Part shown: positions 28,889 to 37,730 of the stretch, in pieces
Layout: the number at the start of each line of letters is the position of its first letter
How positions within the stretch are numbered: position 1 is the first letter of the stretch
NCBI GenBank assembly: GCA_046538485.1
Contig: JBKHIT010000022.1
Coordinates: 1-64,000, forward strand
Direction of reading: 5' to 3'
From: Candidatus Brocadiia bacterium
GTDB taxonomy: Bacteria; Planctomycetota; Brocadiia; SM23-32
Length of the DNA stretch: 64,000 bases
The notes under the pieces: generated by a model
Seen by the model: the letters and a program-made list of their open reading frames with translations, nothing else
The model's database searches: none
Told to the model about the DNA's origin: nothing
Position numbers and translations under genes: made by a program

Positions 28889-29853
28889 AAACCCATCTGG
28901 TCAATTATGCCATCGCCTTTGCGATCATCCTGTGCCTTAATTTCGCTCTGCCCCGTTTGATGCCCGGCGACCCCCTCACGGCCATATACGGGGAAGAAGC
29001 GATGCTGCAGATGGATCCCGAGATGGAAGAGCAGCTCGCCGACCAATACGGACTCAATGATCCCCCCTGGAACCAATTCACCACTTACCTGAACCGGCTT
29101 GTGCACGGCGATCTGGGCTACTCCTTCTATTTCAAAGCGCCCGTGACATCGGTCATTCTTTCCTTTCTTCCCTGGACGATCCTGCTTGTGGGAGTGGCGT
29201 TTTTAATTTCCTGGGGGATTGGTATCGTGGCGGGGATTGAATCGGGCTGGCGGCACGGGAGCAATCTCGATCGGGGGCTACTGGTTTCGATCATGTCCCT
29301 GTCCGGGTTCCCGAGTTTTTTTGTCGCGGTCATTCTGTTGCTTGTTTTCGGTGCTTTGCTGCAGATCCTCCCTTTGCAGGGAGCCCATACGCCTTATGCC
29401 GGTCTCAGCGGGTTAAATCTCCTGTGGGACGTGCTCAAGCATCTCATTCTCCCCCTGACCTCACTGATTCTGGTCTACGTGCCCGGCATGTTCCTGCTCA
29501 CGCGGAATTCTTTGATAAGTACCATTGGCGAACCATTCGTGCTGACCGCCCGCGCGAAAGGACTGGCGGATCGCAGGGTGCGCTATCATCACGCCGCCCG
29601 AAACGCACTCCTTCCCGTGATCACCGCCAGCGGTATTATGATCGCCACCCGTCTTATCACCGGCGCTTTGTTCATCGAAATCGTCTTTTCGTATCCGGGG
29701 ATGGGCAACCTCATTCGCCAATCGCTTGTGAACCGCGACTATCCGGTCCTGCAGGGAGCGGTTCTGATGACGGCCGTCCTGGTTCTGGGGATAAATTTGC
29801 TCGTGGACCTGCTCTATTCGAAACTCGACCCGAGGGTAAGCCGTGCACATTAA
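28885..29853 (+). CDS. ABC permease (NikB/DppB-like)
   Basis: PRLMPGDP, GDLGYS, TARAKGL, FSYPGMG, RDYPVLQG and LDPRV motifs. Confidence 0.93.
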   Translation: MKTHLVNYAIAFAIILCLNFALPRLMPGDPLTAIYGEEAMLQMDPEMEEQLADQYGLNDPPWNQFTTYLNRLVHGDLGYSFYFKAPVTSVILSFLPWTILLVGVAFLISWGIGIVAGIESGWRHGSNLDRGLLVSIMSLSGFPSFFVAVILLLVFGALLQILPLQGAHTPYAGLSGLNLLWDVLKHLILPLTSLILVYVPGMFLLTRNSLISTIGEPFVLTARAKGLADRRVRYHHAARNALLPVITASGIMIATRLITGALFIEIVFSYPGMGNLIRQSLVNRDYPVLQGAVLMTAVLVLGINLLVDLLYSKLDPRVSRAH

Positions 29854-30676
29854 ATACGCCCAATCCGTCGTGCGGAGTGGTATGGGAAAAGCGGGTTCCT
29901 ACCTGCTGATCCTGATCGCGCTGATCGGGATCGTGGGCCCTCTGCTGACTCCCGACCCCACCGTAGAGAGTATTAACGTGCTGGAAGCCCCCTCAGCCGA
30001 ACATTTGCTCGGAACGAACGAAGTGGGACAGGATGTCGCCGCCCGCCTTGCGGCCGGAGCCCGCACGTCCATCTTGGTCGCCATCGGCGTCGGGGTATTT
30101 TCGACCTTCTTGAGCGCACTTTTCGGCATCTCAGCGGCGCTCGCGGGAGGTATTTACGAGCAAACGACCATGCGATTCGTCGATGCCTTACTGGTCATCC
30201 CTTCGCTCATACTTCTGATTCTGCTCTCCGCTTTCCTTCAACCCGCCCTGTGGGGCATGATCTTGCTTATCTCATTTCTGCTGTGGCCCGGAGGAGCGCG
30301 CGTGCTGAGATCCCAAACGCTGTCTCTGAAAGAAAGACCCCACGTCCTGGCGTCGCGGACATTCGGCGCGGGACACGTCCATATCGCTGTGTGCCACATC
30401 GTTCCCGACCTCAGTCCCCTGCTGGTGGCCTCTTTTATCCACAGGGCCCGCAGGGCTATCTTCCTCGAAGCCGGGTTGGCTTTCATCGGCATCACCGATC
30501 CGGCCACCATAAGCTGGGGGACCATGATTCGTAATGCGCTGGGATTTTACTATACCCCGTCCTGGAGCTGGTGGTTGCTGCCGCCCGGCATCTGCCTCTC
30601 AGTCCTCATCCTCGCTTTCCTGTTCCTCGGACACAGCCTCGAAACTTTGCTGGAGCCCCGGCTCAAACATGCTTGA
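29843..30676 (+). CDS. ABC permease (NikC/DppC-like)
   Basis: PSAEHLLGTNEVGQD, GARTS, EAGLAFIG, SWG.MI and WWLLPPG motifs. Confidence 0.93.
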   Translation: MHIKYAQSVVRSGMGKAGSYLLILIALIGIVGPLLTPDPTVESINVLEAPSAEHLLGTNEVGQDVAARLAAGARTSILVAIGVGVFSTFLSALFGISAALAGGIYEQTTMRFVDALLVIPSLILLILLSAFLQPALWGMILLISFLLWPGGARVLRSQTLSLKERPHVLASRTFGAGHVHIAVCHIVPDLSPLLVASFIHRARRAIFLEAGLAFIGITDPATISWGTMIRNALGFYYTPSWSWWLLPPGICLSVLILAFLFLGHSLETLLEPRLKHA

Positions 30677-32339
30677 TGTAAGAAACTTACGGGTTGCCTA
30701 CGACCGAACAACCATTCTGCGGGATATCAATCTGCACGTTTCCCCGGGAGAAACCCTCGCCGTCGTGGGTGAATCCGGGACGGGCAAGACCACGCTGGGC
30801 ATGAGTCTTATGGGACTGCTGAAGGAGCGTTCCGATAACGTCAGCGTGGAAGGCGAAATCCTTCTTGACGGCATGGATATCACCGAACTCTCCCCTGAAA
30901 AATTGCGCGGTATCCGGTGGACAGAGATCTCCATGGTCTTCCAGAACACCGATGACGCACTCAATCCCGTCCAAAACGTGCTGGTTCAGGTTCGCGAACC
31001 GCTCCTGGAACACGGCATCTGCCAGGGCAAAGAAGCCGATGAACGCGCACGAAACATGCTCGAAAGAACGGGACTGCCAGTCGATCGTTTCGACGCCTAC
31101 CCCCATCAGCTCAGCACGGGTGAGAAACAACGTGCCCTGATCGCCATGGCGATGGTTTGCGACCCGGAAGTAATCGTTCTGGACGAACCGACGTCCTCAC
31201 TCGATGCCGTGTCCAAGAAAGCCGTAAATCAAATCGTGGCCGAGTTATGCCGGGATAAAGTCTCGTTGGTCATCACGCACGATCTGGGCGCAGCGGCCAG
31301 CCTGGCCGACCGCGTGGCCGTCCTTTGCGGAGGACGCATCGTCGAGGTTGCCGAGACAGAAAACGTTTTCAGCGACCCACGCCATCCATACTCTCGCGGT
31401 CTTATCCGTTGCTATCCGGATATGGACCGCAGCAAAGACCTCCAGGGCATACGCGGGCGCTCCCGCTTCATCGAACGCGGTTGCCCTTTCTTCGGACGTT
31501 GCACCCAGGCGATCGATGTCTGTGGAAAGCAAACCCCGCCGCTCAAGGAAGTCGACGGAAGACTCCTCGCCTGCCACCGGGGAGGTGTGGTCCCATTCCT
31601 CACCGTAAAGGATCTCTCGAAATCGTACGGGGGAAAACTTATTCTCGATGGCATCAACCTGACGGTGTTCGAGGGAGAAACGCTGGCGCTGGTTGGCGAA
31701 AGCGGTTCGGGGAAAACGACGCTGGCCCGGTGTGTGGTCGGATTGCTGGAGGCCGACAGAGGAGAACTGGAACTCGAAGAGAAAAAAATCCAGAACAGAG
31801 ATCGCGCCTTCCATCAGCGGGTGCAGTTGATATTCCAGAACCCCCGAGAAGCCATATCGCATCGGATGAATGTCCTCGAGGCGGTCCGCGAACCGCTGGA
31901 TGTGCAGAAAACAGGTTCGCCGGGGGAGCGAAAACTCAAAGTCAAAGCCGCCCTGCGCGATGCGGAACTGCCCGACGACGAAGATTTCCTGCATCGGTAT
32001 CCCCATCACCTGAGCGGCGGCGAGATCCAGCGGGTTGTCATCGCCCGAGCCCTGGTGCTCGAACCAGAGGTGCTGATCGCCGATGAACCGACATCTTTCC
32101 TTGACGCCAGTGTTCAGGCAAAAATCATTAAACTGCTTAACAATCTTCAGGAAGAGCGGGGCTTGAGCATGCTGTTCATAACCCATGACATTGCTCTGGC
32201 GCGAAAATCGAGCGATCGGATAGCGGTATTGAGCGAAGGTCAAATCGTCGAAACCGGTCCCACCGGCCGCGTGCTGTCGCGCCCGTCGCATCCCTATACC
32301 CGCACCCTCGCAGACTCAGCATCCCACCTGTCGGGGTAG
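30669..32339 (+). CDS. Fused double ABC ATPase (NikDE/DppDF-like)
   Basis: Two Walker A motifs (GESGTGKT, GESGSGKT), YPHQLS/YPHHLSGG, and an oligo_HPY Cys segment. Start at MLDVRN. Confidence 0.93.
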   Translation: MLDVRNLRVAYDRTTILRDINLHVSPGETLAVVGESGTGKTTLGMSLMGLLKERSDNVSVEGEILLDGMDITELSPEKLRGIRWTEISMVFQNTDDALNPVQNVLVQVREPLLEHGICQGKEADERARNMLERTGLPVDRFDAYPHQLSTGEKQRALIAMAMVCDPEVIVLDEPTSSLDAVSKKAVNQIVAELCRDKVSLVITHDLGAAASLADRVAVLCGGRIVEVAETENVFSDPRHPYSRGLIRCYPDMDRSKDLQGIRGRSRFIERGCPFFGRCTQAIDVCGKQTPPLKEVDGRLLACHRGGVVPFLTVKDLSKSYGGKLILDGINLTVFEGETLALVGESGSGKTTLARCVVGLLEADRGELELEEKKIQNRDRAFHQRVQLIFQNPREAISHRMNVLEAVREPLDVQKTGSPGERKLKVKAALRDAELPDDEDFLHRYPHHLSGGEIQRVVIARALVLEPEVLIADEPTSFLDASVQAKIIKLLNNLQEERGLSMLFITHDIALARKSSDRIAVLSEGQIVETGPTGRVLSRPSHPYTRTLADSASHLSG

Positions 32340-32381
32340 CCTGCCCATTGGCATCCGGGGACAGGACAAAATGAAATCCAT

Positions 32382-32860
32382 TGGAGTGGAGGAAGGAGAA
32401 AAGGCGGGAAACCTCCAGGAAATGATGGGCTGAAGTTTATGCGCCTCGGACGCATTCCATCACAAAACGACGGAAGACAACGGCAAAAGACAACGGCACA
32501 GCGGCGAAAAATCGCCGCACTCCAGAGCCGGCTGGCGCCGGCGGGGTTCATACACGACCCGGTGCTGATACGATTGTGCGGCGCGGAGCATATTCCGTTG
32601 CGGAAAAAACGACAACGATCCGGGTCTGACGACCCGGTCCACAGGCTGGAGAGTCTGTGCTACATGCGTTTGTGGCTCACCGGAAGGCTACACAGGCACT
32701 CGCCGCATGGCGCATTGCAAAGACAAGACTGCCTGAAAGGCGGTTCTGAGGGCCAACGGCCCGGCAGATAACAGCCCAGGGTACAGAGGGCTGAAAGTCC
32801 TCGGCGCCCTGGGGTCCGAGTATGCGCGAAGAAATGGTGGGCTGAAGGTCCACCACAGAT
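32382..32860. repeat. Cluster of several different REP-like palindromes
   Basis: GCGGCGA-AAAA-TCGCCGC-ACTCCA (32501-24), CCGGGTC-TGAC-GACCCGG (32620-37), ACAGGCTGGAGAGTCTGTGCTAC (32641-63), and CCCAGGG..GAGGGCTGAAAGTCCTC..CCCTGGG (32775-812). Confidence 0.65.
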
Positions 32861-33423
32861 CTGGCTCCAGGATGCATCCAACCTTTCCGGAGACAGGATA
32901 CTTCCAGAAATATCCCCGGCCTCACATATCCGGGACGCAACGTCGATGGAGGGCAACCGATCTCATTTTGCGAAGATGAAATCGGTAGAGCAGAAGAAAG
33001 GAGAGAGTGGAGAGGCGATACAGCAAAAACAGAAACTTCCACAAAACAAAATGCTCAATAAAACGCTCTCTCCTGCGGTCCCCTTTCTACATTCTCCTTT
33101 CACGTCCAGAGAATCGCCGAGCGCGCCCCGCCGTTCTGCCCAATACACAAACCGGCTATCACAAACCGCTAACCCGCATATTTCAAGCCCCCTCAGCGCC
33201 GGATATGCGCGGAGGGCAAAGGCGGGTGTATTCGTATACCCCAACTGCAGCCTGACAAAGGATTACTTACTGCCTCAAAAAAGCGAAAAGGGGTGAGACT
33301 TGTTTCAGCCGGTTAAAATAAGTTGCAAAATATTTGCCGGCCGTTGGTCGGTATGGTAACATTTATTATACAGGAGGTAGCAGAAACAGGCGTAGCAACC
33401 GCCCCGACAAAAAAGGAGAGCGC

Positions 33424-34218
33424 ATGCTATGGACCACCTCAAAAGCGGGCACTATGGCGAGGGGAAAGGGCTCGGGCGATTTCGCCTGTGTAAGAAAACC
33501 GATGCGGCACAGCGGAAGGGCTTTCACTTTGATAGAACTGCTGGTTGTGGTCGCCATCATCGCGATCCTTGCAGCCATGCTCATGCCGGCACTTGAATCA
33601 GCTCGAGAAGCCGCGCGGGTTACGACCTGCGTGGGCCAACAGCGACAGGTTCTTCTTTCCGCCCACATATATATGGACGATTATGATGGCAACGTGCCCA
33701 CACCCACTCCCGACAGGCATGATCCCAGTAGCCATGTGCTGAACAATAACAACTGGGTGTATGCCGGGTTGCTCTGGCAAGGGGGGTATTTGGGAACGAC
33801 GGCTGTTCTCTGGTGCCCGTCAATGAAAATGAAGTTGCGGAAAGAAAAATTTTGGACCCGAAACCGGGATTTTTGTCTGACGGGAGAAGTGGCTAACGAC
33901 ACGCACTGGGGAAGTTACGCCTGGGCATATCAAACAAAAAGCGACGGTGAGCCCTATTATTACTCGCCCGGGCTTCACCGTCTTGATTGGGCGAAAAACA
34001 GTAAGACAGGTTTTTTCCTGGGAGAATATCATTACACGCGTTTGAAGTATGATTATCATACTTACCTGCACGGAGGGTGGATGGGATATGGAGAAGATTT
34101 CAAGGCGAATATGGGCTATATGGACGGCAGCGTCTCCACAACGAGTAATGACCCGCATGTCATGAACTGGCGGCTCCATAATGATTTTTGGAGATACTGG
34201 CGCAATAATCGACCGTAG
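33424..34218 (+). CDS. Prepilin-type N-terminal methylation / DUF1559-like protein
   Basis: [35 protein letters not shown]-terminal H...[19 protein letters not shown] before ATG 33424; upstream TTGCCG-17-TAACAT promoter (33334-62). Confidence 0.9.
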   Translation: MLWTTSKAGTMARGKGSGDFACVRKPMRHSGRAFTLIELLVVVAIIAILAAMLMPALESAREAARVTTCVGQQRQVLLSAHIYMDDYDGNVPTPTPDRHDPSSHVLNNNNWVYAGLLWQGGYLGTTAVLWCPSMKMKLRKEKFWTRNRDFCLTGEVANDTHWGSYAWAYQTKSDGEPYYYSPGLHRLDWAKNSKTGFFLGEYHYTRLKYDYHTYLHGGWMGYGEDFKANMGYMDGSVSTTSNDPHVMNWRLHNDFWRYWRNNRP

Positions 34219-34443
34219 GGGACGAACACCGTTGTTCTGGAATGCTGCGCCCTGGCACCCCCTTTTTTTACCGCCCGCCGTCGCTGCCCTCTGGCCGTCC
34301 CTGTTCTCCATCGTTTCGGGTCCGACCCCGTAGACCCCGATACCCCTGCAGCTTTCACCCGGGGCCTGAAAAGATAGCAGCTTCGGCCGCTGTAAACAAA
34401 AAACCTACAAACTGTCCCCGGAATAATATACGGGCGCAGGGAT

Positions 34444-35352
34444 TTACCGAAAGAAGGTTAGCAGCATTGTAATCGTCACAACACTGACCAGAGTGGTCCA
34501 GAAGACAAACTGGGAAGCGAGGTCCTGGTTCTGTCGGTATTTCGCTGAAAGGATATAGACGTTAACCGCGACCGGTAGCCCTGCCACTACGATGAGGAAG
34601 GAGGTCACAGTGCCCGAAAATCCCATCAGAAGCGCCAGCCCGGCGGCCAGGAGCGGTGACAGGACCAGCCGTACTCCGCTGATCGCGGACAGTTCGGGAA
34701 GATTGCTGGTGAGGCGGCAGCGCGATAGCTGCACCCCGAGAGTCAGCAGAGCCACCGGCACCAGCCCGTCCGCCAGGTAAGTCAGTGGTTCCGCGAGCTG
34801 CTCCGGCACATTTACGCCCAGCCCCTGCATTGCGAGCGCCAGAGCGATCGCCGGAATCACGGGAATTCTGATCAATCGCCCCAGAGTCCGCCGACTGAGG
34901 TCGAGGTCCTTCTCCAGCAGCCCTACCCCTACCGTGAAGCACAGCAGATTCTGAACCATCAAAACCGCTGCGAGCTGTCCCATAAATTTCTCCCCGAACG
35001 CCAGAAGGGTCAGGGGGATACCGTAGTTGCCGGCGTTGTAGAACAGAGCCCCGAGGGTAAGCGTGGTGCGGGAGTCGCGGAATGGCGGAGCGGAGAAGAT
35101 CAGGCGAGCCGCCCCGTAAAGCAGCGCAGCGTGGCCCAGAGTGAACAGCACGATCTTCCCCATCTGCCCCACCGCCAGGTCGGACTCGATTATTTTGACA
35201 AAAAGCAGTGCGGGGACGAACACATAGAAGTTCAGTGCCGAGAGGGTATCCTGATCCAGTTCCAGTTTCCGGTCCAGTACCATCCCAACCCCAATTATCA
35301 GGAAGATGGGGAATATAATATCTATCAGTATCTGCAGAACCTGCGCAATCAT
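34444..35352 (-). CDS. AEC family transporter
   Basis: About 10 hydrophobic segments; YVFVPALLF, NAGNYGIP, VALLTLGVQL and GLPVAVN motifs. Confidence 0.9.
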   Translation of the reverse strand: MIAQVLQILIDIIFPIFLIIGVGMVLDRKLELDQDTLSALNFYVFVPALLFVKIIESDLAVGQMGKIVLFTLGHAALLYGAARLIFSAPPFRDSRTTLTLGALFYNAGNYGIPLTLLAFGEKFMGQLAAVLMVQNLLCFTVGVGLLEKDLDLSRRTLGRLIRIPVIPAIALALAMQGLGVNVPEQLAEPLTYLADGLVPVALLTLGVQLSRCRLTSNLPELSAISGVRLVLSPLLAAGLALLMGFSGTVTSFLIVVAGLPVAVNVYILSAKYRQNQDLASQFVFWTTLVSVVTITMLLTFFR

Positions 35353-36416
35353 TAGTCCTCGGAGCTGGTTATTTTTTTGATTCGATCGAAGAAGCGCCGC
35401 TTCCGCTCGGTATTGATACTCCAGTTCACGGGCACGGTTTGGAATCCGCTCAGGTCCTCGTAGCGCTCCTCACGGGGTCGCTCGTTCCATTTGTGGCTGC
35501 CGTTGCAGTCGCTGCCGTAGCCCTGGCTGAAGTAGCCCCAGGAAGCATACTCATCCACCGCCGCCGCCAGATTCTCCAGATGGATGCTGTCCTCGTTTAT
35601 CACGATTGGCCGCGGCCGCTCCCTGAACTCGGGGGTATCTTTCAGGTTCCGGAGCATGGTCCGCAGTTCCTCGGGTGTGCATCCATTACCGTGTGGGAGC
35701 GAGAAGTCTTCGACGCTGCGCCGCTTCGCGTCCGGGATCACCCCGCCGGGTGTGCTTGAACTCGCGAGCAGCCGTCGTCCCTCCAGCGAGCGAGACTGAA
35801 CGGTCTCGATCAGGTTATGGATACCGTCCGACTGGAAAATGGGCCGGTCCCATAACTCCCCCGCCTCGTTGGCCACATCGACCAGCACGTTTTCATGACC
35901 GCTTTCCAGCAGCCAGTCCGTGACCTTTTCAGTGATCTCATAGACCGTCGCCTCGTCCTGGATGCGGCGGCCATGCATGACGTAGAAGTAGTTTACTATC
36001 ACCACCATGCCCGCCCGGTCCGAAGCTTCCAGGATCCGGGAGAGCCTGTCGAAGTACGGCTCCCTTAACTGTCCGTCCGGGGTATACGCGGAATTCTCGT
36101 ATTTCTCGTAGATTTCCGGAGTATAGATGGAGCCTCCCCCCTGCAACCCGACCGTGACCGCCAGAAGTCCGTACGACCGGTAGGTCGGGAGCTGTTCACA
36201 GAACTCGTTCGTATTCCGATCCGGATCCCACTCATCGGTGTCGGGATAACGCCAGAGGTGGCGTGTTTCGGCGCATTGGTCATCGAAAATAGCCTGAATC
36301 ATGCGGGAGTTAAGCAGCAGGCCCTCAACGGGTCTTCCCCGGTCCCTTACTCCTTTGTAGGTGAGTCGGCCGTTGATCAGGAATTTCCGTCCCTCAATTG
36401 ATACGCTGGTGTCGAT
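35352..36416 (-). CDS. Glycoside-hydrolase-like TIM-barrel protein, apparent ATC start
   Basis: DVANE, PHGNG and INED motifs. The frame extends 38 codons upstream of the ORF-track Met (IDTSVSIEGRKFLINGRLTYKG...GLLLNSRM) to an ATC 8 nt after GAGGAG. Confidence 0.8.
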   Translation of the reverse strand: MDTSVSIEGRKFLINGRLTYKGVRDRGRPVEGLLLNSRMIQAIFDDQCAETRHLWRYPDTDEWDPDRNTNEFCEQLPTYRSYGLLAVTVGLQGGGSIYTPEIYEKYENSAYTPDGQLREPYFDRLSRILEASDRAGMVVIVNYFYVMHGRRIQDEATVYEITEKVTDWLLESGHENVLVDVANEAGELWDRPIFQSDGIHNLIETVQSRSLEGRRLLASSSTPGGVIPDAKRRSVEDFSLPHGNGCTPEELRTMLRNLKDTPEFRERPRPIVINEDSIHLENLAAAVDEYASWGYFSQGYGSDCNGSHKWNERPREERYEDLSGFQTVPVNWSINTERKRRFFDRIKKITSSED

Positions 36417-36466
36417 TGTAAGTTCTCCTCAGTATATCGATTCACCGTCCAGACCGTACGCTCCAG

Positions 36467-37051
36467 GTGAATTATGAATTATGTACCGTGGCGCCGGCAA
36501 ATTACAAGCCCGGGTTCTCTCCATCGTCCCAGAGAGACCCGGGGTACGGGTGGTCCGCTGTGGGCCGTGGGGGGACGTCCCACCGCATCTTATTGCTCAA
36601 AAAGCGTTTGCGGGCCAAGGGGCCAGAGGGCTTACAAGCGGTTTTCACCCCCCAAAAAACGCGGCTAAAGCCCCTCTGAGAGGGGCATTGTTGTCGTATC
36701 CCGTTCGCTGGCGAGCACTTGCTATGGTACGTCCCCCTTCTCCGCATCAATTACAATATGATCTCCTTTTGGGGATTCGCTCAGGAAGATTATACGCTGC
36801 CCTATGGCGGGCCGCCCAAACGGGTGATAACGGGAAATCATTCCATAGCTCCCCTCATGGGAGCAGTGGGTGGATATAGCGGGGACCGTTTAGGACAATA
36901 TAACAACCTGGGTCCGGCGGTCTGGTTTCACTCCGGTGATACGGCGAACTGGTTGTTCGTTGACCAACACGTCGAAAAGGTGGGGAATTACGGGGAAGTC
37001 TCTCAAAAGGTCAGCAACGGCGAGATTGACATGCATCCGCCATACAATTGA
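36467..37051 (+). pseudogene. C-terminal remnant of a prepilin/DUF1559-like gene
   Basis: 36719-37051 ends with WFHSGDTANWLFVDQHVEK (H-X9-DG-like). No FTLIELL N-terminus; upstream frame is broken. Confidence 0.65.
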
Positions 37052-37086
37052 AGCTCTGCAGTCCAAGCTTTCGGTTCTCAACAAAC

Positions 37087-37452
37087 TCAGAGCGGCCGTG
37101 AGATTGAGCCGTATTCGGTATTGGTTTCTGGTTTCTGGTTTCTGGTGAACGAATTAACCGTCTTTAACCCATAAACGAGAATAGTTTTGTCGGCAAATCC
37201 ATGAGAATCAAGATGAGAAAGCAACATCTTGTCAGCGTCAAGAATCTGTAACACCCGGAAAGTACCGGGTAATATTCCTACATCACAGTTGGCGTCCGTC
37301 ACTTCTGGCATATCACCCTGGCGCCGACACTCCGATACAAACAAGGTGGTCTTTTTCCATTCAAAGCTCCCAGCAGGGACCTGCATAGTTTTGTTCAATG
37401 TCTCGCTTACGGAGTCTACCACCTTGCCGGATGAGAAAAAAAGATGATGCAC
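37087..37452 (-). CDS. Hypothetical protein, possibly a fragment
   Basis: ORF in AT-richer DNA; its 3' end runs through a heptamer tandem repeat. Confidence 0.3.
   Translation of the reverse strand: MHHLFFSSGKVVDSVSETLNKTMQVPAGSFEWKKTTLFVSECRRQGDMPEVTDANCDVGILPGTFRVLQILDADKMLLSHLDSHGFADKTILVYGLKTVNSFTRNQKPETNTEYGSISRPL
37122..37146. repeat. Heptamer tandem repeat (TGGTTTC)x3.5
   Basis: tggtttctggtttctggtttctggt; similar degenerate run at about 62334-62352. Confidence 0.75.
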
Positions 37453-37557
37453 CGCATACTTTGTTGGCTATAGTAGGTTGATCTCTCAAGCATACTTCCG
37501 TAGAATGATATCAGTAGATTATGTCTGGACTACAATGCTTGTAAAAAGGGAGGAGAG

Positions 37558-37692
37558 ATGTCGAAGAAAGAGAGTGCCATCAGTAAAGCTAAAAAGGCGG
37601 CTGCTAAAAAGCTCGAGGGATTGGATCAAATAGCCGAAAAAGGAAAAGAAAAGTATCCCCCGCTGTTTTCCAAAAAACAGAAAACGGGCTAA
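37558..37692 (+). CDS. 44-aa Lys-rich small protein
   Basis: GGGAGGAG RBS then MSKKESAISKAKKAAAKKLEGLDQIAEKGKEKYPPLFSKKQKTG*; ends 38 nt before the dGTPase gene. Confidence 0.6.
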   Translation: MSKKESAISKAKKAAAKKLEGLDQIAEKGKEKYPPLFSKKQKTG

Positions 37693-37730
37693 CAATCCCC
37701 CGAGAATCGAGTTCTGCTTTTTGGGGACAA

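Noticed and set aside
32439..33296. Short ORFs in the 1-kb intergenic region
   Set aside because: They overlap palindromic repeats, lack RBS and have non-protein-like composition.
37105..37120. Group II intron domain V (GAGCCGTATTCGG)
   Set aside because: Only the first few bases match; the complementary arm and domain VI are absent.
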